A stretch of DNA of 63,807 nt, the filler included, from Basidiobolus meristosporus CBS 931.73 (Eukaryota; Fungi; Basidiobolomycota), in NCBI GenBank assembly GCA_002104905.1. It is 3 parts of 3 records of this genome, joined end to end, with 100 filler letters (N's around TTAATTAATTAA, not from the genome) between each part and the next. Parts side by side here need not be neighbours in the genome. Positions count along the whole stretch, not along the records: positions 1 to 29,352 come from MCFE01000868.1; positions 29,453 to 51,489 come from MCFE01000982.1; 1 more part is not named here. The stretch is one strand, 5' to 3'. Shown one piece after another: positions 23,086 through 36,500 of this stretch. Each line of letters starts with the position of its first letter. The first letter of the stretch is position 1. The translations under genes and the position numbers were made by a program. The notes beneath the pieces were generated by a model, which was not told where the DNA came from, searched no databases, and saw only the letters and a program-made list of their open reading frames with translations.

Positions 23086-24705
23086 ATGCATATTCGTAAC
23101 TTCGAAGAAACCGGACTTTTCTCCGATGAGTGTGAGCTCGTTCGTTCCTGGTGGAAGAGTGAACGTTTCTCCCAGGTGGTTCGACCATATTCCGTTGAAT
23201 CTATCGTCTCAAAGCGCGGTACCTTAAACATCCAGTATCCCTCCAACACCATGGCCAAGAAGCTTTGGAAAATCCTGAACGAGCACTATAGAAATCGCAC
23301 TGCATCCCACACCTTCGGTTCCTTGGATCCTGTCCAGGTCACCTGCATGTCGAAGTATTTGGAGACCATCTACGTTTCCGGATGGCAAAGCTCCTCCACT
23401 GCGTCCACCTCTAATGAGCCAGGACCTGATCTTGCCGACTATCCTATGGACACCGTTCCTAACAAAGTCCAACAACTATTCTTGGCTCAACAATTCCATG
23501 ATCGCAAGCAGCGCGAAGCCAGAATTAAAGCTGAGCCCAAGGTCCGAGCCACCATGGAGGAGTATGACTACCTACGTCCTATCATCGCTGATGCCGATAC
23601 TGGACATGGTGGTATTACCGCTGTGATGAAGCTTGCTAAGATGTTTGTTGAGCGTGGTGCCGCCGGTATTCACTTGGAGGATCAAGCTCCAGGTACCAAG
23701 AAATGCGGACACATGGCTGGCAAAGTTCTGGTCCCAGTGTCTGAACACATCAACCGTTTGGTTGCCGTTAGAGCCCAATTCGATATCATGGGCGTTGAGA
23801 ACTTGATCATCTCAAGAACCGATGCCGAAGCAGCCACATTGATCACTAGCACCATTGATAAGCGTGATCATCCATTTATTCTTGGCACCGTGCGTAAGCA
23901 CCTCCGTCCTCTCGCCGAGGTTCTCGAAGAATCACGTGTTGCCGGTATGAACCCTATTGAGATTGCCCGCATTGAAGCCCAATGGATGGAGGATGCCAAT
24001 CTTCAAACATACATCGAGGCTGTGGCTGATGCCATTAGAAACTCTTGTCACTGCGAAAAGGCAGAAATCCTGTCCAAATGGTATTGTCGTGTTGAGAACC
24101 TTTCCAACACTGATGCCCGTCGCCTAGCCAAGTCACTCGGCTTCGAGGTCGATTTCAGTTGGGAGAAACCCCGTACCGCCGAAGGATTCTACAGATATTT
24201 GGGTGGCATCAAGAGTAGCATCGCTCGTGCCGTTGCCTACGCCCCTTACTCGGATCTTTTGTGGATGGAAACCAAGAAGCCTGTGTTGTCTGAAGCCAAG
24301 GAATTTGCCGATGGTGTTCACAAGAAATATCCTCATGCCAAGCTCGCCTACAACCTCTCACCCTCATTCAATTGGGATGCCGCTGGTTTGTCCGAGAGTG
24401 AAATTGGTTCTTACATCTCCGATTTAGGCCGCTTCGGTTTCTGCTGGCAATTCATTACTCTTGCTGGCTTCCACTCCGATGCTCTTGGCATTGACCTTTT
24501 CGCACGAGACTACGCAAAACGTGGAATGTTGGCTTATGTTGAAGGTATCCAACGCAAAGAGCGCCAATTTGGTGTAGATACTCTACAGCATCAAAAATGG
24601 TCAGGTGCCTACTACTACGATGAGCTGATCAACCTTGTATCTGGTGGAACTGCCTCTACAGCTGCCATGGGATCTGGTGCCACTGAAGAACAATTCCGTC
24701 ACTAG
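23086..24705 (+). CDS. ICL1: Isocitrate lyase (539 aa, uninterrupted CDS)
   Basis: Catalytic loop KKCGHMAGK, plus [14 protein letters not shown] and [17 protein letters not shown] carries the F/T pair of isocitrate lyases rather than the L/S pair of methylisocitrate lyases. Confidence 0.97.
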   Translation: MHIRNFEETGLFSDECELVRSWWKSERFSQVVRPYSVESIVSKRGTLNIQYPSNTMAKKLWKILNEHYRNRTASHTFGSLDPVQVTCMSKYLETIYVSGWQSSSTASTSNEPGPDLADYPMDTVPNKVQQLFLAQQFHDRKQREARIKAEPKVRATMEEYDYLRPIIADADTGHGGITAVMKLAKMFVERGAAGIHLEDQAPGTKKCGHMAGKVLVPVSEHINRLVAVRAQFDIMGVENLIISRTDAEAATLITSTIDKRDHPFILGTVRKHLRPLAEVLEESRVAGMNPIEIARIEAQWMEDANLQTYIEAVADAIRNSCHCEKAEILSKWYCRVENLSNTDARRLAKSLGFEVDFSWEKPRTAEGFYRYLGGIKSSIARAVAYAPYSDLLWMETKKPVLSEAKEFADGVHKKYPHAKLAYNLSPSFNWDAAGLSESEIGSYISDLGRFGFCWQFITLAGFHSDALGIDLFARDYAKRGMLAYVEGIQRKERQFGVDTLQHQKWSGAYYYDELINLVSGGTASTAAMGSGATEEQFRH

Positions 24706-24948
24706 TTAACATATGAAATTCATTGTATGATCACCAATTAAGCAACATAATTAAAATAATATTTTCTCATGATATATATATACGTAAACGTATACTTCCT
24801 TTTTTTTTGATTCTCGTATATTTCTTTGAGCGGAATCCATAGCAACGAAAAATTCAAACAAATTCATACTGTTGAAGAATACAGTTTATTGGGTTTTTAA
24901 TGCTGACAAAACGAAACAATTATCGAACTATCTAACGATAAATTTGGC

Positions 24949-25455
24949 TTAACCGTAAACAAGACGGAAGACATCGTTAAGAACCCAGTAGTTGTTACCC
25001 TCGGGAACCAATTGGAAGCATTGAGTGAATTGCTGAGGGTTGGATTCCTCATCAATCTGTAATAAAAGTGAAGTTAGCATATGGCTATAGTATGGGAACG
25101 AAAAAAAAAGAGAAAAACTGTACATACCATGAGTTGACCAGTAACACTGATAATCAAAGAACCTTGTTGGGGGTGGGAAGGCTGAGCATCCAAAGTAGAG
25201 ACACGATGTTGAACGCGTTGGAAAGGAAGATTGACCAACTTCTCAACGATGTTGGCAGAACCTTGGAATTGCTGACCTTCGAAGGTCAACATAGAGCCCT
25301 CTCTCTGTGGGAAACGGAGATAAGTACATATAACACAAGGTATATTCAAGATTTGAGATACTTACGTAGAGAGGACTAAGTTCATTTCTGCTACGGTCGA
25401 AAGTACTGTAGTAGAAGTCAACGAAAGACTTGGCAATAGTTTGGATATCAGCCAT
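24949..25455 (-). CDS. NTF2: Nuclear transport factor 2, 3 exons
   Basis: Exons 25455-25366, 25304-25128 and 25056-24949 give IAKSFVDFYYSTFD...SMLTFEGQQFQG...TLDAQP...VTGQLMIDEESNPQQFTQCFQL...WVLNDVFRLVYG. Confidence 0.96.
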
Positions 25456-27903
25456 TGTTTTGAGCAGACGGAGTAGACCAGCGTGGCAAAGGGATAAAGG
25501 AATCAACTGACTATTTGAACCAGAGAGCCAACACACAAAAAAAAAACTGGATCACCAAAATTACCAGGTTGATGGTCCTCGTTGAAATTTTTTGCCCCCT
25601 GATTTGCTTGAAATTATCATCGTTCACAAAGTCGATGATTGTCAATTTGTTTACGTTATTCCTTCAATGAGATGTCAATATTTGATTTGACGCCATAATC
25701 TCAAGTTGATCATTTTTCATTTACCAATCTTTAGCCTCTATTAATGCACATTTATTGTACAATTATTCATAGGCCCCTCAAGGGGCAAAATCCATTGCTA
25801 ATTGAACTTGAAATTGGGATAAATCTTGACTTGTTGGGTAGAGTTTATGCACATATTACTCAAGAATATTGATCATTTAAACCATCAGTAGGTTGTACGG
25901 TGATTTTAAGCACTGATTGCACCAGCATGATGTTATGCACTAAACGATTAGCATTGAAAGTGCCAAGAAACAATGGTGGGCCTGTGGGTTTTGAGTGCGA
26001 CAATAATTTACACATCAGTGTTACACGTAATAATCAATCACCTAGATAGCATCCGAAATGAACATAAAGAGTCTAGTAACCCCTGACTTTGCAGTATGCC
26101 AATGCCAAGTTGATTAACATCACCGCCCCAACAGCAACAATATTTGCAAAGAGACTGAAAAAATACACTTAGATTACCCGAATGCTTGAAGGCAAGGGCC
26201 AGTTAAATTAGGTTGGTCGAGCACTAGTCGCGAATGATTTTGTTAATGGCCCCCGAACAAATATATAAGCAATACCCTACATGAATCATATAATCTTCAA
26301 ACTCTCGACTACTCATGCTTTAAATAGCTAGAGCCTAGTTACATCAATTGAGAAATTCTTGTGGGGGAGGCCATTACGAATAATGACACTTCAAAGGTTA
26401 TTCAGGAAGGAGTAATTGGCTACAGTTTCTAAATGACAATTGTATCACCCCTACCCCTCATAGTACAAATTACCCAACTGGATCTTAAACAGGTTCCTCC
26501 TCAACCACCACAAACCACTTCAGGAAGCTGGGAAATGAAGTCCAATAACAAAATAGACATATTCACAGCCCAGGGCAAATTTACCCAACACCGCCAGCCA
26601 AATATGATCAGTTCGCAATAATGTCTTGAAACTCCACGAACAGTTCTTATCGCAAGTAAATCCGCATTACGGAAGCCAGTCATACCATCGTAATTGCGGT
26701 AGAATTTGTGCAGAGGTCAAACATCAATGTACGCAATGTTTACAATCGAGCAAAAAGCACTGACGGGACTTGGATTATCGTGCATTATTTGGTGGCAGGC
26801 ATGCCAAAGCTGAGCATACGACCAATTCCTAATTTGATCGGGTGTCGGTGATTCAAGGGTGTGTAAACCATTGTTTTTCCCAATTACCATAATCATTGAT
26901 GGGGGCTGTGAGTGGTACAAATAGTGTTCCATAATAAATAAATAAACACTAACATTGGGGTGACAATCACTGAAAATTCCAAAGACCCGCCTCGTGGAAA
27001 GAAACCGCCATCTAGACCAGTCACATTATCAACAATCTTCTAGATATGACCCAAAAAACACCAATCACTCAGCTCAGGCAATGTATGGAGTTTCCATTGG
27101 CCACAGGTACGGTAATTCAGCATATTATCGTGATTATTTTATCTATGCTGATTCAAGTTGAAGTCACTCGCTACAAATCAGGTGAATATATTCTGGAAAG
27201 TAATTTGCGCTTGCAGATTCGTATCCTTTGGGCGATCACAAAGGACAGCTTTTATGCATACTTCCGTGATTGGGTAACCCTCACCAATACCTGTACTAAG
27301 GCGTAATATCAAGCACGCAAGGAAAATCATACGGACTTGTTTGGAAAGCATGACATAAATAGAAGTGGTACACGATGATGCCTCTCCTATCATAGGGGCG
27401 CAATTGGTCCCATCATGAATCTGAGAACACGTTGGATGGCTGATATCTAATCAGCAAATGAATAGCACTTTTAGTTTAAATGGGCTTACTTGATTTATGA
27501 TTCTCGCCATTTTGGACCAATCACCGCAGTCAGCCCCTTTCTCCGTAGATATGGTTTCCTTTTATTTTATTGTTTTGGTTTTAGTTTATATATTGCTGTG
27601 GTTTGCGTATACATTAGGAAGATATAGATATCCTATACATATTGGAAGAGTGGGAGGAATGTAACACAACCGGAAATAGGCTGAGTGGATGTGCCTTAAC
27701 CTGAATTCCATTCTGGGAACTATGTTTGGTGAAACATTTGAATGTTGATGCTCTCGTCCAGGATCATATAAAAGGTGACCCATGGGCTTCGGAATAAGCC
27801 ATTCTATTCATACACATCGATGAATATTTGTTATTTTCAAAACTACTTTCCAACATACCGCTAATTTGTGCGTCCTCAATTGATTCGCTTTTCTTCGCAG
27901 AGA

Positions 27904-28638
27904 ATGAACACATTAAGCTCGTTACCAAATCCAATATTTGACGGATTCAACTACCTCGAGGATGATCTATTAATTCCCAAATATTGGCCTAATAATAGTT
28001 CGACCTCTCTAGGTTCCTCTAAATCACTTGGCGATGGTGGTATGATCGATTATGCTGAGATGGTGGATGTAGTATCAGACTTGTGTTATTCCATCTGGCA
28101 TATGAATGATGTACCATTCACCTGTTTCGCTCCACCCGATTTTAAGCAATTCTGCCAGTTTCTTTTAAATCGCACACAACTCTCCTGGTCAGTCATCATC
28201 ATTGGACTGATGTACCTTCATCGTTATCGTCAAGGACATCCAGATGATTCTGATTTATTTGACGAATGCCAACTCATAACCGTGGCTCTCATGTTGGCCA
28301 TGAAATTTCACGAAGACGTGACATACAGCAATCACTCGTGGTCTACTGCAAGTGGGATCCCAGTAGAGGAGCTAAACCAGCTCGAGATGATCTTTTTAAC
28401 CAGCGACCTTGATCTGTTTCTTAATTGTGATCAATACCAAAGCTGGCTGCTCTTTCTGGAGGAGTTTCTCTCTCACGTGGACAGGATTCAAGGGCAATCA
28501 TTTTGTTTCCTCACCAACACTACGTTCCCCAACCTTTTCGACGAGCTGCCTATTACACCTCTGGACATTGAAACACATGATTCCTGTTTCGATGATACAT
28601 TAGCTAATTGGGATCTTGAGTTTTCTGAGTATCTTTGA
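27904..28638 (+). CDS. Pcl/Pho80/Clg1-type cyclin
   Basis: Cyclin box: LLNRTQLS...GLMYLHRY...ALMLAMKFHEDVTYSNHSWS...ELNQLEMIFL. TATAAAAG at 27767-27774 lies upstream. Confidence 0.85.
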   Translation: MNTLSSLPNPIFDGFNYLEDDLLIPKYWPNNSSTSLGSSKSLGDGGMIDYAEMVDVVSDLCYSIWHMNDVPFTCFAPPDFKQFCQFLLNRTQLSWSVIIIGLMYLHRYRQGHPDDSDLFDECQLITVALMLAMKFHEDVTYSNHSWSTASGIPVEELNQLEMIFLTSDLDLFLNCDQYQSWLLFLEEFLSHVDRIQGQSFCFLTNTTFPNLFDELPITPLDIETHDSCFDDTLANWDLEFSEYL

Positions 28639-29352
28639 TTCTTCTGAGTCCTCTCGTCGTCTCCCTTGTTCTATTACATGTGCACCATAGTGTATTATTT
28701 CTTCATCCAAATTTTGCACCAAATCCTGGCTGATTACAGATGTATTTATTCGAAATTTCCTACTTCCTCAAGCTGTACACGTCCTCCTTTAGATTTAATT
28801 TGTAAATAGCCAACAAAGTCCTAGTACCGAACTTCCTTGCACATTTTCCCTTAGTTCCTTGTATACGTTGTAAATAATATAAAATAATGGTTCCCGTCTG
28901 CCAGACGAATTTCTAACATCAATATTGTTTTTGGTGAATTTCTGAAACAAGGCGCGACTTCAGTATTATATTTAGGCAACTCATCAGTCGGAAGTTATTT
29001 CCACAGCTTATTATCCGTTACTTTCGAGCAATGAGGATATTGAAAATCACTTGCGGGTTTGCTGGTACCTGAAGCTTATATACATGTTTATTAGACGAGC
29101 ATATACAGATTGAGTGGGTGGAAGGAGGGATGCTCTCGCAGATAATTGGAAGGGGTGAGCATAGCACCATGGACACCTTCAAGTGCCCAAGACAATTCTT
29201 TAAAATAGTAGACATTAACGATATGCTTCAAGGAAAATGAATAGAATGCTACTAGTCGAGAAAACTGGAAGTTTGCCCTAAAAATAAACGAAACAATAAG
29301 ATATACATCTACATCAGAGCATTGGCACTGGCTCAGAAAGATTACTCAAAGG

Positions 29353-29452
29353 NNNNNNNNNNNNNNNNNNNNNNNNNNNNNNNNNNNNNNNNNNNNTTAA
29401 TTAATTAANNNNNNNNNNNNNNNNNNNNNNNNNNNNNNNNNNNNNNNNNNNN
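29353..29452. other. Assembly gap with artificial all-frame-stop linker
   Basis: 44 N + TTAATTAATTAA (29397-29408) + 44 N, identical to the second gap. Confidence 0.97.
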
Positions 29453-32400
29453 AAATATAGTAATAGGAATTTTTGACATAGGCCTAAAACTGTAAAAAGC
29501 TTTCTTAGCCACATTGCTTCTTTTGTAGCTTCACTGGCTACTATATACTCTGCCTCTGTAGTAGAAAGTGCTACAGTTGGTGCTTTCTTGAATTTCATGA
29601 AATTGCTCCTTTACAGTAAAGAAAGGTATATCCTGTGGTGGATTGTTTGTCTTCCAAGTCTTGTCCCCAATCAGCATCAGAGTGTCCCACAAAATCCTGT
29701 TCTGGTTCCTTAATAGTGTATCTTAAGCAGATATCAGCAGTTTCTTTCAGGTATCTAAAAATCTGCTTAACTGCTGCAATGTGATCAGATCCATAGTTTT
29801 GATTATGCTGGCTGACAACACCCATGGAATATGAGATATCTGGACATAGTCCAAGCATGCTGTACATCAGACTGTCAGCCATTGATTGCTAAGGGAAATC
29901 AGGGCTTTCAGATGGCACCGAGCTCTTTTGATTGGCTGTGTTTTGACCAAGTTAAGGTTTGCCTCCATTGGGGTAGCCATCAGTTTACAGTCTTCCATTT
30001 TGTACTTCTTTGGTATATCCTGAATATACTTGGATTGGCTGAGAGTGTTTGTCTGGGTACTTCTGTCTATGGAGAACTTAATCCCCAAGTAGTAATTGAG
30101 CACTCCTAGATTGGACATCTTGAACTCCTTTGATAGGCTGGATTTAGTCTCTTCCAATATTGTTAGGTTATTGGCGCTATAATACAACTATCCACATATA
30201 GAGCTAATAGAGCTGGATTTGCTCCATCTGGCTTATAGTATATACTATAATCAGCATTACTTTTTTGAAGCTCAAAGATTCCAAATAAGAATCTATCTTG
30301 CAATTCCAGGCTCTTGGGGTTTGTTGAGACCATATAGAGATTTTTTAAGCTTGCAGACTAAATGGGGGTTATCTTGGTCAACAACCCAATGAAGCTGGTC
30401 CATATACATTTCCTCATCAAGTTCTCTATTCAAAAATGCAGCTTTTACATCTATATGATGAATAAAATCTTATATTTGGCTGCAATAGTCATTACTAATC
30501 TGATAGAATCAAAGCTAGCTACCAGTGCAAAGGTCTCAGTATAGTCAAGTCCTTTTGTTTGGGATTATTCTTTGGCATAAGTCTTGCTTTGAATCTTCAA
30601 TTATACTATCAGCCTGATACATAGTCTTAAAGACCCATCTGCATCCAATTGAGTTTTGGTTGATTGGTATTTGACTAAGTCCCTAGTTTCATTTTCCATC
30701 AGAGCCAGATATTCCTCAGTCATTACATAACTCCAAAACTTTGTCTGAGGGCTATTTAGGGTCTCTTATACAGTCTGGGGCTCATCAATATGGACTGAAT
30801 AGGCATAGGCTAAGTTTGTACCATCATTGCTATAGTAAGTTGACCTATTTCTTGTCTGATTGGATTTCCAGGTATTTGAAACTGGACTGATCACTACTGG
30901 GATATTCTTTGGCACTGATTCAGGCTGAACCACAGTTGCAGAGTTCTCTGGAGTGAAATAATTCCCTTTGTTCTGCTCTGATTCATTTCTGACAACTGGT
31001 GGACTTGAGATCAGAGTTTTGTAATAATCTGATGTCACTTTTTGTGAAAATTTTGCATTTTCATCAAACATCACATCCCTGGACTTGATTGGCTTATTTG
31101 CTTTGGTATTGTAGAATCTGTGTGTTTTACTCTCCTTGCAGTTGCCTAAAAACATGCATTTATAAATTTTGGCTCAAATTTGACTGATTTCCAAGCAGTT
31201 GTTTGGCATATGCTGCACACCAAACTAATCTTAGACAAACTGTACTTGGTCTGTATCTTGAACATGCTTCAAATGGAGAAGAATCACAAAGTATTCTCTT
31301 ATGATTCCTATTCTTAAGGTATACTGCTGTGTCAACTGATTACAACTAGAAATTATAGGATAATTTTTGATCATGCATCATGGTTCATGGATCTTACCAT
31401 ATCAATTATTGCTCTGTTTGCATATTCTGCTACTCCATTTTGCTGTGGGGAGTAAGGTACAGTAGTCTCTTGCTCTATTCCATGAATTTTGCAGAAGTGG
31501 ATGAAGAACTTTGAGGTATATTCTCCACCATTATCAGAACGTATTTTCTTGATTTTTTCACCAGTTTCTCTCTACACCATGGCTTTAAGCTCCCTGAGCT
31601 TAGTTAGAGCTTCTTTCTTTCACTCCATGCAGTGGACCCATGTGTATCTTGTATAATCATCAATAAAGTGATGGAATACTTCATTCTGCCCAAGAATATA
31701 TATTGTTTAGGTCCACACAGATATGAATCAGTTAGATCCAATTTTTTCCTAGTTTGATTTACCTAGAGCTCTTAAGCAGTTGTCTGGCTTGTTTCCCATA
31801 TATGCAGGCTCCACAGTGCTCAATTTATCTGGGGGATCAATTTTCACTCCAGATATTAGCTGATTGTTGCTCAGTATGCGCAAATAATCAAAATTGATGT
31901 ACCCAAATCTCCTGTGCCAAAGCATTTGTATTTCTGCATCTATTTACTTATATTGGTTTACAGATATGATGGAATTTAAGTCAGCTTGTATAGATTCTGA
32001 TCTCTGACACCAAAAGCAATATGGGGATCATTTTGATCAGTGATTCTGCATCTATAATTGTCAAAGCTGAAACCAAGTCTTTCTGCTGTGGCCTTGCTTA
32101 CAGATAGTAGGTTCTTGGCTATTTCTCGTACATAGAGTACTTCTTTAAAGGTCAGTGTATGACCTCCTTCACTGCTTCTAAGATTTACTTGGATGGTTCC
32201 TTCTCCCACCACATGCAGTGTTTTTGGCACCCATAACAACCTTCTTAATTGGAATTTCTTGATATTGGATAAAAAGTTCTTTTTGGAGTGTAAAGTGTTG
32301 AGATGCTCCAGAGTCAATGCCCCACATCTGGAAATCCTTGTTTGTGGTCATGTTTATTGCAGATATTAATAATCTATCTTTAGTTGTTGCAGCAATTCCA

Positions 32401-33184
32401 TATGCATGCTTCTTTTGCTGATAATCTCTCAGTTAGAGACACCGCTCTGATGTGTGTTCTTTCCTTTGCAGTAGTTGCAAAACAAGTTGCTATTGCCTTT
32501 GTAAGATCTTGGGTACTTTCTTTGCTGGTTATCATTGCTTATTAAGGCATTTTCTTCTTCCTTCTTATTGGCACTTGATTTTCTTAATTCTTCATCCAGG
32601 AGCCTTCCATAAACATAATTTAAGGTCAAATGTTCAGCTCTGGACTCTAAGGCTGATACATGGCACTGAAACCTGTCTGTCAGGCTATTCAGGATGGTAA
32701 CTATCACATCCTCATCTGTAGTTGGTATGCTTACAGATTCTATTTCATCTATCAGCAGGGGAATTCTGTTAATTAGAGTTTTCATATCATTTCCTGGCAG
32801 CATCTTTGTAGTTAAGAATTTTTGTCTAAGATACATTTTATTATCAGCTGAAAATGGCTGGTGGGTGTCTTCTAATGCCTTCCAGGCATTCTTTTCTGTT
32901 TTTGCTCCTGAGCATTGAATTAGCAATTTGTCTTTAACATTAAGGCAAATACAGCTAAAGGCACTTTGTACTTTCTTCTGGTACTTCAAGGCTTACTCTC
33001 CTACATTTTTAGGAGGGCACTCTTCTCCCATAACAATATCCCAAAGGCCTCTTTCTTGTGGCAGTATCCTCATCTGCACCTTCCACACTTTGTAGTTAGA
33101 TCCATCCAACTTTTCAGCAGAGAGAAAGTTCCAGTAGTAGCAGTAGTAGACATGACAGAGAGTGACAGCTTGGGGCTCATAATC
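29453..33184 (-). mobile_element. Ty1/copia retrotransposon, copy A internal region (degenerate; 3' end lost in the gap)
   Basis: Fragments of gag (KLDGSNYKVWK, LESRAEHLT), protease/GAG-pre-integrase, integrase, RT and RNase H (ALSTTEAEY) in copia order, with many stops and frameshifts. Confidence 0.93.
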
Positions 33185-33533
33185 TGTTGTGAGAGTCTTG
33201 GAGAAATTGGAAGTGATTTGGGAGGATAAGTACATCATGTGGTTCTCACTTGATGATTTATTGAATGCAAAAGTAGTATTTAAACTTTTACATGGTCTTG
33301 GCATTGTAAACACCAAGAAAAGGTTAAGGAAGGTCCCAACAGCATGTGTGCAAAGTTTGGGGCTGTTTGTACAACTTTGAGAATTTTCATGTTCTGGGTA
33401 CCAGATATTTGGTGAAAATATTCCAAATAAATCCCAACAAGGAACTTGGTCACTATTCCCTGGGATTTGGAGGTAATTATCTAAGTGACCAAGTGAGGTG
33501 AATACTTAGGTGGAATTACAAATTTTTACAACA
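33185..33533 (-). repeat. LTR (349 bp) shared as 3' LTR of copy B and 5' LTR of copy A
   Basis: TGTTGT...ACAACA termini. Preceded on the minus strand by PPT GAGTGGGAG (33542-33534) and followed by PBS GATTATGAGCC (33184-33174). Confidence 0.92.
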
Positions 33534-36500
33534 CTCCCACTCTGCTAAATGCTCATACTGACTATTCCTAATATTGGCCAAAGATAATCAAACTTGTCTC
33601 TAGCTAATTGTTTGGCAAATATATCTGCAATCATTTCATCTGAAGGACAGTAAACTAAGCCAACTAAGCTGCTCTCTACAGCATCATGCATGAGATGATG
33701 TCTAATATCTATGTGCATGGATATGGCATGAAAAGCTAGAATACTACCTAGTTGAATGCATCCTTGATTATTGTCAAATGGAGTAATAGACATGTTTTGA
33801 CATAGGCCTAAATCTGTAAGAAGCTTCCTTAGCCATTACCAGATCCTGTTCTGAATCCTTATAAGTGTATCTTAAGCAGATATCAGCAGTTCCTTTTAGG
33901 TATCTAAAAATCCGCTTAACTGCTGCAAAATGATCAGATCCATAGTTCTGATTATGTTGGCTGACAACTCCAACTGAATATGAGATATCTGCACATGTTC
34001 CAAGCATGCTATACATCAGACTGCCGGCCATAGACTGATAAGGAAAGTCAGGGCTTTCAGATGGCACCTAGCTCTCTTGATTTGGTTGAGTTTTGCCCAA
34101 GTTAAGGTTTGTCTCCATTAGGGTAGCTGCCGGTTTACCGTCTTCCATTTTGTACTTCTTTAGTATATATTGAATATACTTGGATTGGCTTAGGGTGATA
34201 GTCTGGGTACTTCTGTCTATGGAGAACTTAATCCCTAAGTAGTAATTAAGTTCTCCTAGATCAGACATCTTGAACTCCACAGATAGGCTGGATTTAGTGT
34301 CTTCCAATGTTGCTAGATTATTGGCAGCTATAACAAGATCATCTACATATATAGCTAATAGAACTGGATTTGCTCCATCTGGCTTATAGTATATACTATA
34401 GTCAGCATTACTCCTTTTGAAACTGAAAGATTCCAAATAAGAATCTATCTTGCAATTCCAGGTTCTTGGTGATTGCTTGAGACCATATAGTGACTTTTTA
34501 ATCTTGCAGACCAAACAGGGGTTATCTTGGTCAGCAAACCCATCAGACTAGTCCATATAAACATCCTCATCAAGTTCTCCATTCAAAAATGCAGTTTTTA
34601 CATCCATTTGATGAATAAAAAACTTATATTTGGCTGCAATAGCCAATATTAATCTGATGGAATTAAACTTGGCTACCAGTGCAAAGGTCTCAGTATAGTC
34701 AAGTCCTTTTGTTTGATAGTATCCTTTGGCCATAAGTCTTGCTTTGTATCTTTCAATTTTACCATCAGCCTTGTACTTTGTCTTGAAGACCCATCTGTAT
34801 CCAATTGATTTTTGGTTGATTGGTAATTTGACTAAGTCCCAAGTTTGATTTTCCATCAGGGCCTGATATTCCTCAGTTATTGCAGATCTCCAAAACTTTG
34901 TCTGAGGGCTATTTAGGGCCTCTTTTACAGTCTTTGGTTCATCAATATGGACTGAATAGGCATAGGCTAAGTTTGTACCCTCATTGATTTAGTAATCTGT
35001 GCTATTTCTTGTGCAATTGGATCTCCAGGTATTTGATACTGGAATGATCACTTCTGGGATATTCCTGGCCACTAATTCTGGCTGAACCACTGTTGTAGAG
35101 TCCTCTGGAGTGAAAAAATCTAATTGTTTTGCTCTGATTCAATTCTGACAATTGGTGGATTTGAGATCAAGTTTTCATCATCATCTGATGTAAATTTTTG
35201 TGAAAATTTTGAATTTTCATCAAACAACACATCCCTGGACTTGATCAGCTTCTTTACTTTGGTATTATAGAGTCTGTATGCCTTACTCTCATTGCAGCAG
35301 CCCAAAAATATGCATTTTACGCTTTTTGGCTCAAATTTTGACTGATTTCCGGCCACTTTTTTGGCATATGCTCTACACCCAAATATTGTTAGATGTTCTG
35401 CACTTGGTCTGTATCCATACCATGCTTCAAATGGAGTAGAATCATGAAGTATTCTGCTAAAACTCCTATTTTTAGGGTATACAGCAGTGGCAACTGATTC
35501 TGCCCAAAAATCATAGGATAATTCTTGATCATGGATCATAGATCTTGCCATATCAGTTATTGATCTGTTAGCACGTTCTGCTACTCCATTTTGCTGTGGG
35601 GAGTATGGTACAGTAGTCTCTTGCTTTATCCCATGAATTTTGCAGAAATGGATGAAGAGTTTTGAGGTATATTCTCCACCATTGTCAGAGCGTATTTTCT
35701 TGATTTTTTCACCAGTTTCTCTCTCCACCATGGCTTTAAACTCCCTGTGCTTAGACAGAGCTTCTTCCTTTCTCTCCATGAAGTAGACCCATGTGTACCT
35801 TATATAATCATCAATAAAAGTGATTAAATACTTCATCCCACCTAAGGATATATTTTGCATTGGTCCACACAGATCTGAGTGAATTAGATCTAATTTTTTC
35901 TTAGTTTTGATTATCTAGAGCTCTTGAACGGTTGTCTGGCTTGTTTCCCATATATGCAGACTTCACAGTGCTCCAAATTAGCCGGGGGATCAATTTTCAC
36001 TCCAGAAATTAGCTGATCTTTGATCATTTTACGCAAATAATCAAAATTGATGTGTCCAAATCTCCTGTGCCAAAGCATTGGTGTTTCTTCATTTAAGTTA
36101 CTTATATTAGCTTCCAGATATGATGGAATATAAGTCAACTTGTATAGACTCTGATCTCTGATGCCCAAAGCAATATGGGCACCATTTTGATCAGTGATCC
36201 TGCATCCAGAATTGTCAAAGCTGAAACTGAGTCCTTCTGCTGTGGCCTTGCTTACAGAGAGCAGGTTCTTGGCTGTTTCTGGTACATAAAGTACTTCTTT
36301 AAAGGTCAGTGTATGGCTTCCTTCACTGCTTCTAAGATTTACTTGGATAGTTCCTTCTCCCACTGCATCAAGTATTCAGTTGTCACCCATGAAAACCTTC
36401 TTAATTGGAATTTCTTGATATTGGGTAAAAAGTTCTTTTTGGTGTGTAAAGTGTTGAGAAGCTCCAGAGTCAATATACCACGTCTGAGAATTCTTGTTTG

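Noticed and set aside
26433-27510. Minus-strand ORF fragments with splice-like signals
   Set aside because: Every exon chain I tried hit stops; no family identified.
29397-29408. TTAATTAATTAA palindrome inside N runs (also 51534-51545)
   Set aside because: Identical 100-bp construction at both gaps; an artificial scaffold linker, not biology.
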